Origin: Crocosphaera subtropica ATCC 51142
GTDB taxonomy: Bacteria; Cyanobacteriota; Cyanobacteriia; Cyanobacteriales; Microcystaceae
NCBI RefSeq assembly: GCF_000017845.1
Contig: NC_010546.1
Span: 3,750,001-3,782,000 of the forward strand
Length of the DNA: 32,000 nt
Reading direction: 5' to 3'
Under the pieces are notes generated by a model. That model made no database searches. It had not been told where the DNA came from and saw nothing but the letters and a program-made list of their open reading frames with translations. Below are positions 18,537 through 26,343 of the stretch, one piece after another. The position numbers were made by a program, and so were the translations under genes. Every line of letters starts with the position of its first letter. Within the stretch, counting starts at the first letter, position 1.

Positions 18537-18839
18537 TCGTAGACTAGGCTTGATTAACTGTTCATTATTCACTACATATTTGTCTAATAGAGAAAGGCTA
18601 AATTTTGGTCTTTTCAATAAAAATAATAATATTTATCATCAAATAATTGGAAAACTAACTGAGTGTTAATTTTTTTGTCAGTTTTGACTGGTATTTCCTG
18701 TTTTGGAAATAAGATTTTTACAATGAAAGTGAAAGGGTGTGCGGAGCGAATCTCTTCACGATAAGAATGCACTATGTTAATGGGACAAAATTCTTATTAA
18801 GTCGATTCTTATTCGTTGAATATAAGTGGAGGATTTGCT

Positions 18840-19217
18840 ATGAATTACCGCAAATTATTACTAAATCTAGGGGTTGGAACCTTGATTTCTGTCCCTGTAG
18901 TCTTAGCTAATGGAGAAATGGCTAAGGCACAAAGAAGGGTCTTAACCATCCATAATCATACCGAAGCAAATATCACTGAATTGTATGTTTCTCCTGAATG
19001 GTCGAGATATTGGGGTGACAACATACTAGATCGTACCTTAAAGCCTGGGGATAGTGCTACTGTTGTCATCACAGGAAATACTTGTGAATATGATATTCTT
19101 GCCAGAGATGCTAACTACGAAGAAGTTCCCCCAGGAGGGTTCGGTGACTTTAACATTTGTGATAATGACCATTTTGGTCTAACTGATCACACAATGCGTG
19201 TTGTTCAATGGCCTTAA
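18840..19217 (+). CDS. Small secreted protein of unknown function (2 conserved-looking Cys)
   Basis: The ATG at 18840 is preceded by GGAGGA. Signal peptide MNYRKLLLNLGVGTLISVPVVLANGEMAKA. The mature ~95 aa contain two Cys (TCEYD, NICDND). No family recognised. Confidence 0.6.
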   Translation: MNYRKLLLNLGVGTLISVPVVLANGEMAKAQRRVLTIHNHTEANITELYVSPEWSRYWGDNILDRTLKPGDSATVVITGNTCEYDILARDANYEEVPPGGFGDFNICDNDHFGLTDHTMRVVQWP

Positions 19218-19508
19218 AATAACCTTGAAAAAATCACAACTACAGTAGGACAAAAATTAGTTAGGACATTTTTTATATCTTTGGTTGTCATTCCGAGAAA
19301 CGAGGAATTTGATTAACGTTCTAACCATAATCCGTAGTGCTATATTAGGGGGAAATTCCCCCTAATGCTATAAGATAATACTTCTACGATGAATTACCCA
19401 TCGAAACTTTTGAGTGTGAGCAACAGTCTATTAGCTACAGTAACCCCACCTTATTTCAATCTTTTGCCATAATTAAACTATATTTGGTGTTTCAATACTG
19501 ATCAATTC

Positions 19509-20504
19509 ATGATTGAAGTCGAACATTTAAGTAAAATTTACGGGTCAACTGCGGCCATTGAAGATGTGGACTTTTCCGTGGAAAAAGGGGAAATTCTCGG
19601 TTTTTTGGGACCCAATGGAGCAGGAAAAACCACCACCATGCGTATTTTAAGCGGTTATATTCCTGCTACTACCGGAACCGCTAAAATTGCAGGATACGAT
19701 GTTCATGAAAACTCCTTAGCAGTCAGAAGAAACATCGGTTATCTTCCTGAAACGCCTCCTCTGTATCCAGATATGACCGTAGAAGGGTTTTTGAAGTTCG
19801 TCGCTAGAATTAAAGGAGTCCCATCAGGCGATCGCCATTCTAGGGTAAATTGGTCGATGGAACGCTGTCAACTCGAAGATAAGCGCAAAGTTTTGATTCG
19901 TAAGCTATCTAAGGGTTATAAACAACGAGTGGGTATTGCTCAAGCCATTGTTCATGATCCCCCTGTTATTATTTTAGACGAGCCAACCGTAGGATTAGAC
20001 CCTAAACAAATTATTGAAGTGCGTAACCTCATTAAAAGTTTGGCAGGAGAACATACGATCCTCTTATCAACTCACATTCTACCAGAGGTCAGTATGACCT
20101 GCGATCGTGTCACCATTATCAATAGTGGTAAAGTCGTCGCAACGGATACCCCTGATCATTTAATGTCCCATCTAACAGCAAAAGGAGGTTATGAAATCGA
20201 AATCGAAGGGGATATATTCAGTTTAGAACCTCTATTAAGGAATCTTCCTGGAATTACCCAATTAGAAATTAAATCTAATAGTCAAACAAAACGTCATGTT
20301 TTATTATTAACCACTGACTCAAATCAAGAGATAGGAAAAGACATTGCTGCGTTGATTGTTAATCAAGGGTTGGGATTACATGAAATGAAGCGAACTCGTG
20401 CGACTTTAGAAGATGTTTTCTTGAACCTAATTACCGAAGAATCATCACTAGACTCCCAAGAAGAAAAATCATTAGAAACTGTTGATACTGAACAAACTTT
20501 ATAA
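19509..20504 (+). CDS. ABC-2 type transporter ATP-binding protein (GldA-like)
   Basis: Walker A GPNGAGKTT, signature LSKGYKQRV, Walker B VIILDEPTVGLD, and a C-terminal extension. It is the first gene of a tightly packed 4-gene operon. Confidence 0.9.
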   Translation: MIEVEHLSKIYGSTAAIEDVDFSVEKGEILGFLGPNGAGKTTTMRILSGYIPATTGTAKIAGYDVHENSLAVRRNIGYLPETPPLYPDMTVEGFLKFVARIKGVPSGDRHSRVNWSMERCQLEDKRKVLIRKLSKGYKQRVGIAQAIVHDPPVIILDEPTVGLDPKQIIEVRNLIKSLAGEHTILLSTHILPEVSMTCDRVTIINSGKVVATDTPDHLMSHLTAKGGYEIEIEGDIFSLEPLLRNLPGITQLEIKSNSQTKRHVLLLTTDSNQEIGKDIAALIVNQGLGLHEMKRTRATLEDVFLNLITEESSLDSQEEKSLETVDTEQTL

Positions 20505-20515
20505 CTATTTTTGAG

Positions 20516-21301
20516 ATGATATTAACTAATTTAATTGCTATTTTCCGCAAAGAATTTCAAAGTTATTTTACGTCTCCCTTTGCTTATATTATTGCTGCTG
20601 TTTTTTGGTTAATTGGCGGTTTCTTTTTTAGTGCCATTTTAGAAGAGATTTTACAAACCCTATCATTTTTAGAACAAAGTGGTCAGTTATCAACTCCTGT
20701 GGACGTTCCGGGTCAATTCATAGATAGTTTTTTTGGAGTCATTATTTCTCTTCTATTAGTGTTATTACCTGCTTTATCTATGGGATTATATTCCGAGGAA
20801 AGAAAGCGGGGAACCTTGGAATTACTAGCTACTTCTCCCGTAACCAATTGGGTGGTTGCTGTCGGAAAATTATTAGGGGTTTTAGCCTTTTTTGTTGTTT
20901 TGATGATACCTTTTTGGATTTATGAGATTATTCTCTTTAGTAATGCTAGTCCTCCTATTAATCTAAACATTATTTTATTGTCTCATGGGTCTTTAATTTT
21001 AATTGCGACTGCTATTCTTTCTCTGGGAATGTTTATTTCTTCTTTAACTGACAGCGGAATTTTAGCTTATATTTTGACCTTTATTTTAATATTATTCTTG
21101 TGGATTATGGATGCGATCGCTGCTAATTTACAGGAACCTTTTAAAACTATTTTATCCTATCTTTCATTATTTGATCGTTACACTGATTTAGTTAAAGGAG
21201 TTTTAGATGTCAGTAGTTTAGTTTTATTTGCTAGTTATATTTTATTAGGCATTTTCTTGACCGCACAATCTATTGAAGCATTACGTTATCAACGTTCTTA
21301 A
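20516..21301 (+). CDS. ABC-2 type transporter permease (GldF-like)
   Basis: Six-TM protein with EERKRGTLELLATSP, the motif typical of ABC-2/GldF-type permeases. It starts 11 nt after the ATPase stop. Confidence 0.85.
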   Translation: MILTNLIAIFRKEFQSYFTSPFAYIIAAVFWLIGGFFFSAILEEILQTLSFLEQSGQLSTPVDVPGQFIDSFFGVIISLLLVLLPALSMGLYSEERKRGTLELLATSPVTNWVVAVGKLLGVLAFFVVLMIPFWIYEIILFSNASPPINLNIILLSHGSLILIATAILSLGMFISSLTDSGILAYILTFILILFLWIMDAIAANLQEPFKTILSYLSLFDRYTDLVKGVLDVSSLVLFASYILLGIFLTAQSIEALRYQRS

Positions 21302-21336
21302 AATGTTATAAAAAATCTTAAAAATATTATTGGAAT

Positions 21337-23244
21337 ATGAAAAAAATAAGTAACTACAAAACTATTCTCAAATATTTATTCATTCCTGGGTTAATTTTAA
21401 CTGTTGCTGGTTTAGTTCCTCTTTTTATTACTAAAACTCAGAGTATTCTTTATCTCAGTTTAGTGATTGCAGGAGGTATATTCTTATTTATCTGGTTAAT
21501 CTATTTATTAGTAACAGGAAGAAGTTTTTGGCAGAAAAGATCAACACAAACAGGGACAAATGCTTTTGTTTCTGTCTTATCTTTAGTGATTATATTGGGA
21601 TTAATTAATTTTATTGCGGTTCGTTATTCTCCTCGTATTGATTTGACCGAAAATCAACTTTATACTTTATCCCCAGAAACGCAAGAAATCGTTAAAAATC
21701 TAGACAAACCGACTAAAGTTTATGTTTTTGACAAGGAAATAACTCCTCAAGATGAAGATTTATTAGAAAATTATCAACGTTACAATAATAACTTTCAATT
21801 TGAACTGATTGATCCTGATATTAAAGTGGGACTGACTGAACAGTTTAATGTTCAATCATTAGGAGATGTTTATCTAGAATATGGAGATAAAAAACAATTA
21901 GTTCAAACCTTAATTGTTTTTAATCAAAGGGAACCCTTATCAGAAATCAAACTAACCAATGCAATTGAAAAAATCAAGAAGGATTATATTCCAAAAATTT
22001 ATCTATTACAAGGTCATGGGGAATATTCCTTAGAACCCTCCCCCGAAGGAAGTTTATCAGAAGCAACCAACAGTCTTGAAAGTAAAGGATATGAAGTTAA
22101 CCCCTTAAACTTAGTAGAAAATGCAGGTATTCCTGATGATGCAGATGTCATTATTATTGCCAGTCCAAAACGTCAATTATTTGAGCAAGAAGTGACAGCA
22201 TTAAAAGAGTATTCTGAACAAGGTGGTAACTTATTTTTATTACTCGATCCTAACACAGATCCAGGGTTAGAACCTATACTAAAAGACTGGGGAATTCAAT
22301 TAGATAATCGTATTATTATAGATGGTTCAGGGTCAGGAAATATTGTCGGTTTAGGACCAACAACTCCCTTTATTACTAACTACGGGAACCACCCAATTAC
22401 AGAAGAATTTGCTAATAGTATTTCTTTTTATCCGTTATCTCGTCCTGTAGATACGGTTGAGGTAGAAAACATCGAAGCAACCTCTTTATTAGTCACGAAT
22501 GAACAAATGTGGGCTGAAAGTAATTTAGAATCAGAAGAAGTTATTTTTGATCCCGAAGAAGACATTCCTGGACCTTTTGATTTAGGAGTTGCATTAACCC
22601 GTACAATTGATAAAGAAGTAGTCAATAATGACACAAAAGAAGATAATCAAAATAGTGAAACAAATGAAGGAATTGAAAATTTAGATGAATCTGAAAACAA
22701 AGAAATAGAAAATAATAATAATTCTGAACAAGAAACGGAGGAACAAAATCAGTCAGATTCTTCTGATAATGAAGTTAATAATAATACTGAACAAGAAAAG
22801 GATGATAACAATAGTGAAACTATCAATAATCAATCTGATGTAAATGAAGAGGAAACAGAAGGTAATAATAACTCTGACTCATCAGTTAATGACGAAACCA
22901 ATAAAAATCAAAAAGAAGAAAATACGTCTAACCCTTCTAATAATGAACAAAATAATAACCCTGAAAAAGAGCAAATCGAATCTCGTTTAGTAGTAATTGG
23001 AAATTCTACCTTTGCTACTGATAGTTTATTCAATCAACAATTAAACGGAGATGTCTTTTTAAACTCTGTACAATGGTTAAGTAATCAAGATGATCAACCT
23101 CTATCCATTCGTCCCAAGGAACCAAAAGATAGAAAACTAAATTTATCCCCCTTACAAGCTAATATAATCACCATATTGTCCCTGGGTATTGTTCCTTTAT
23201 TGGGGTTAATTGCTGCTGGAATAACCTGGTGGCGAAGAAGATAA
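21337..23244 (+). CDS. GldG-like ABC-transporter auxiliary protein with a ~120-aa acidic low-complexity insertion
   Basis: N-terminal TM helices, the GldG-type core (RIDLTENQLYTLSPET...IYLLQGHGE...LFLLLDP...SFYPLSRP...RLVVIGNSTFATD) and a C-terminal TM anchor. The N/E/D/S-rich insertion is encoded at about 22618-22980. Confidence 0.85.
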   Translation: MKKISNYKTILKYLFIPGLILTVAGLVPLFITKTQSILYLSLVIAGGIFLFIWLIYLLVTGRSFWQKRSTQTGTNAFVSVLSLVIILGLINFIAVRYSPRIDLTENQLYTLSPETQEIVKNLDKPTKVYVFDKEITPQDEDLLENYQRYNNNFQFELIDPDIKVGLTEQFNVQSLGDVYLEYGDKKQLVQTLIVFNQREPLSEIKLTNAIEKIKKDYIPKIYLLQGHGEYSLEPSPEGSLSEATNSLESKGYEVNPLNLVENAGIPDDADVIIIASPKRQLFEQEVTALKEYSEQGGNLFLLLDPNTDPGLEPILKDWGIQLDNRIIIDGSGSGNIVGLGPTTPFITNYGNHPITEEFANSISFYPLSRPVDTVEVENIEATSLLVTNEQMWAESNLESEEVIFDPEEDIPGPFDLGVALTRTIDKEVVNNDTKEDNQNSETNEGIENLDESENKEIENNNNSEQETEEQNQSDSSDNEVNNNTEQEKDDNNSETINNQSDVNEEETEGNNNSDSSVNDETNKNQKEENTSNPSNNEQNNNPEKEQIESRLVVIGNSTFATDSLFNQQLNGDVFLNSVQWLSNQDDQPLSIRPKEPKDRKLNLSPLQANIITILSLGIVPLLGLIAAGITWWRRR

Positions 23245-23267
23245 AATTAGCAATTAAGAGGTTAATT

Positions 23268-23828
23268 ATGAAGTTAAAAAATACAACTTGGATTTTATTA
23301 GGGGTCGCTATTATTTTAGGGGTTGGAGTTTATGTTTATGAATTACAAATAAATCCCCAACAAGAACAAATTGAAGCTACCAATAAACAACTATTTACTT
23401 TTGATGAAGATGACATCAAAGCATTAACTATTGAAACAGAAGATCAAACCTATAAATTTGAGAAAACCAGTGATGAAAATCAACCTTGGCAAATGAAAGA
23501 ACCCCAAGATACAGTTGCTAATGATGCAGTGATTTCTTTTTTAACTAATCTTTTAGTTACGAGTGAAAGTGAGAGAACACTAACCGTTCCTCAAAATCAG
23601 AAAAAAGACTACGGTTTAGATAAACCATTAGGAATAATTACTATTGAACTTGAGAATGAAAAACAACATAAAATAGTCCTAGGTAAGCTTAATTTTCAAG
23701 GAGAATTATTATATGCTCAAATTGACAGTTCGTCTCCATCTCAAGAAGAAATTACCATTAACTTAGTCCCGAAAAATTTTCAATATGCAGTGGATAGACA
23801 ACCAGAAGAATGGACTAAAAATAAATAA
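23268..23828 (+). CDS. DUF4340-like single-pass membrane protein
   Basis: The ATG at 23268 has GAGG 9 nt upstream (MKLKNTTWILLGVAIILGVGVYVY). The region FTFDEDDIKALTIET...WQMKEPQDTVANDAVISFLTNL, and the position immediately after a gldG-like gene, match the usual DUF4340 context. The protein is shorter than typical family members. Confidence 0.65.
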   Translation: MKLKNTTWILLGVAIILGVGVYVYELQINPQQEQIEATNKQLFTFDEDDIKALTIETEDQTYKFEKTSDENQPWQMKEPQDTVANDAVISFLTNLLVTSESERTLTVPQNQKKDYGLDKPLGIITIELENEKQHKIVLGKLNFQGELLYAQIDSSSPSQEEITINLVPKNFQYAVDRQPEEWTKNK

Positions 23829-23936
23829 TATATTTTCAGATTAATTTTATAATCTAATCAAAAACTAGGGAACGGCATCTTTGTTTAATAAGTCTCATCA
23901 ATAAGATGGGAAAACAAAGACAAAACTACAGTGATC

Positions 23937-25625
23937 ATGAATAATTTTCGTGCTATATGTATAGGAATAGAAGACTATTTACATTATCAACCCTTAAACG
24001 GATCTGAAAATAGCGCACAAGCACTTTATCGCTACTTCTTTGAAGAAGCTAACATCCCATCTCATCAATTATTATTACTGACTGATACCTCTCCCTCCCC
24101 AGGAAAACGATCAACCTATCCTAACCGAGATAATATTTTACAATGGATTAATGATAGTCCCATTAAAGTTGAATATTGCTGGTTTTTCTTTCAAGGATAC
24201 GGTATTAATTATCAAGGAGAAGACTACTTACTACCGATCGATAGTAACTTAAACACTATTCCCCAAACAGCTATAAAAGTGCGATCGCTTTTTGAAAAAT
24301 TACAAAATAGTAGCCAAAATTTACTCATCATTTTAGACTTACAAAATCCTTTAAAAGATGGGAAATTAGGACAAATAACTTTAGATTTAGCTCAGAAAAA
24401 AAATATTTCTTTGATTTTTTCTTGTCGTTCCCATGTTTATCAAAGCATTAGTGCAGAAAAAAGTATCTTTATTACTGCCTTAACCGAAGCTTTGCGCTAC
24501 TATAGTCATCATTTAACCCTTCATAAGTTAGACGCTTACTTCAAAGAAAGATTAAATCCTTCCCATCAAAAGGATTTTCCAGCGATCGCCCTTCCCATTA
24601 TTATTAGTCCTGAAACGATTCGTCATCAACCCCTATTACCTGCTTCTAAAAAGCCAATACTAGACAATCAAGAAAATCAAGCCCTATCGTTCAAAATTCA
24701 ACAAAAACCCCATCAAAGCCCTGACCAAAAGCCCACAAGTACCCTAATCTTACCTAAGATCCCATCAACCCCTTTCAAACCCCAACTGTCCTTAAATATC
24801 CCTCTGACGCAAACTAACATTAAACCGAGTTCTCCTGCTGCTTCTTTACCTTCTGTTTCCTCAACTGCCACAACAACCCCTGAACCTTCAAAAAAGTCAT
24901 CCCTAGGAAAATACTGGTTATGGATAGGAGGAATATTAGCAACAACCGCCGTTGTATGGTGGATGTCTCTGAAAATTGGTCAACATCTCAATGCTATCAA
25001 TTATCAAAAAATTCAAGAAAACCAACAGATTTTAGACTATGGGAAAATTTCCTTAAGTGTGCAACAAGCATCCCAATTTAACCAAGCTATTAGCTATGCA
25101 CGACAAATTCAACCCCATACAGCCCTGTATCAGCAAGCTCAGGTCAAAATTAACCAATGGAGCCAAATGATCCTAGATATTGCCCAAGGAAGAGCGATTA
25201 TAGGGGATTTTCAAGGGGCGATCGCAGCCATTAAACTGGTTCCTCCCGATAACCAACAACTTTATAATTTGGCACAACAATCTTTAAAAGAGTGGCAAAC
25301 CCTCAGTCAACAACAACACGATAATCAAGTTTTAATTGAAGCTGCCCTATCTTTAATTGAACCCAACCAAGCATCATCTTATAATCGAGCCATTAGACTC
25401 CTAAAACACTTAGAGAAAAAAGAGTTAGGTTATCATCATGCCCAAAAATTGATTGAACAATTAAGTAAAAACATATATCAATTAGCGCAAACCAGGGCCC
25501 AACAAGGACAATTAACCTTAGCCATTGAAACCATTGAATTAGTCCCCAATGATACTCAAGTTTATTCAATGGCACAAGAAGCAAAAATAAACTGGCAACA
25601 ACATCTTAATCGTACATCTAACTAA
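23937..25625 (+). CDS. Pseudo-orthocaspase: caspase (C14)-like domain with both catalytic residues substituted, Pro/Ser linker, one TM helix, C-terminal repeat domain
   Basis: The p20-like layout is AICIGIEDY...GSENSAQ...CWFFFQGYG...EDYLLPID...LLIILDLQNP. The canonical SGHG His is Tyr90 (TAC 24198-24200). The canonical D-x-C Cys is Gln138 (CAA 24342-24344). TM helix YWLWIGGILATTAVVWWMSL. The C-terminus has three copies of a motif ending ...LVP(P/N)D.Q.Y..AQ....W. ATG at 23937 (GTG at 23931 also possible). Confidence 0.7.
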   Translation: MNNFRAICIGIEDYLHYQPLNGSENSAQALYRYFFEEANIPSHQLLLLTDTSPSPGKRSTYPNRDNILQWINDSPIKVEYCWFFFQGYGINYQGEDYLLPIDSNLNTIPQTAIKVRSLFEKLQNSSQNLLIILDLQNPLKDGKLGQITLDLAQKKNISLIFSCRSHVYQSISAEKSIFITALTEALRYYSHHLTLHKLDAYFKERLNPSHQKDFPAIALPIIISPETIRHQPLLPASKKPILDNQENQALSFKIQQKPHQSPDQKPTSTLILPKIPSTPFKPQLSLNIPLTQTNIKPSSPAASLPSVSSTATTTPEPSKKSSLGKYWLWIGGILATTAVVWWMSLKIGQHLNAINYQKIQENQQILDYGKISLSVQQASQFNQAISYARQIQPHTALYQQAQVKINQWSQMILDIAQGRAIIGDFQGAIAAIKLVPPDNQQLYNLAQQSLKEWQTLSQQQHDNQVLIEAALSLIEPNQASSYNRAIRLLKHLEKKELGYHHAQKLIEQLSKNIYQLAQTRAQQGQLTLAIETIELVPNDTQVYSMAQEAKINWQQHLNRTSN

Positions 25626-25788
25626 TACTAGATACTGCACTGTCATTGCGAATGTAGCGGTAGCGGCATGAAGCAATCTCTATGTCTATGGTAAGTAGTC
25701 GAACATAAATGTATTTTTTAGATTGCTTCGGGGTATTTTTAGTAACAATCAAAGCTTTAACATCGAGCGAAGTCGAGATGTACTGTTT

Positions 25789-25901
25789 ATATAGCGTTTC
25801 TTGGACTCATGAGGTACACCTAATATTTAACTCCTGACTCCTGACTCCTGACTCCTAAAACTAGAAAATGGTGTACCTCACAAGTATGAGAACTGCTATA
25901 T
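25789..25901. repeat. MITE-like element: 32-bp imperfect inverted repeats flanking a (CTCCTGA)x3 heptamer core
   Basis: The left arm 25789-25820 and right arm 25870-25901 are complementary at 25 of 32 positions, with the first 11 (ggtgtacctca) perfect. The core 25831-25856 is ctcctga x3 plus ctcct. No coding capacity. Confidence 0.6.
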
Positions 25902-26182
25902 TACCCCTCGCAATGCGGTGCGACCCCGCGCCTTCGTAATGCACAAGGGAAGGCGCACCAAGACGACAAGTTAAGTCTCTAATAACTTTCGAGAATTGGC
26001 ATAAGATAGCAATTCCTTTAACTGCCATTCAGCGGAAACCAGCAATCTCAGTAATATTATGCAGTTTATACTTAAACTTAACTCAATCGACCTTTTTTTA
26101 GACAAAATTTACTGAATACCGTAAATTAGAAAATCCTTAAATTTACTGTTTTTATTTAATAAATTCATAGGAATAATAGAGG

Positions 26183-26198
26183 AGTGACCAATATCACT
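26183..26198. promoter_or_regulatory. Candidate CRP-family (SYCRP1-type) binding site, AGTGA-N6-TCACT
   Basis: AGTGACCAATATCACT matches the palindromic core GTGA-N6-TCAC of TGTGA-N6-TCACA (8/10). A GATAAT -10-like hexamer at 26243-26248 lies downstream with a poor -35. The site is ~150 nt upstream of the first pilin-like gene. Pattern match only. Confidence 0.3.
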
Positions 26199-26343
26199 AA
26201 ATTATCTCCTATTAAATCACTGCTGTTGGTGACTCCCTCTCTGATAATAAGCACCAGGTCTAGCAGGTAAAAACTAGGTCCATATTGTCGTAGTTAGTGC
26301 TTTAAGACTACCAGTATTTTATAGTAACTTTAGGACGAAAATT

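Noticed and set aside
19389-19472. 27-aa ORF (MNYPSKLLSVSNSLLATVTPPYFNLLP) in the spacer before the ABC-2 operon
   Set aside because: It has no SD-like sequence, it is very short, and there is no supporting evidence. Its resemblance to the MNY start of the upstream gene is probably coincidental.
22428-22634. 68-aa minus ORF in the GldG-like gene, and 25393..25584 (-) in the pseudo-orthocaspase gene
   Set aside because: They are nested antisense ORFs without start-site signals.
25900-26343. Riboswitch (e.g. c-di-GMP class) or tRNA-like element in the long leader
   Set aside because: I could not find the conserved cores of any riboswitch class I know, nor T-loop/D-loop tRNA signatures. Only generic hairpins are present.
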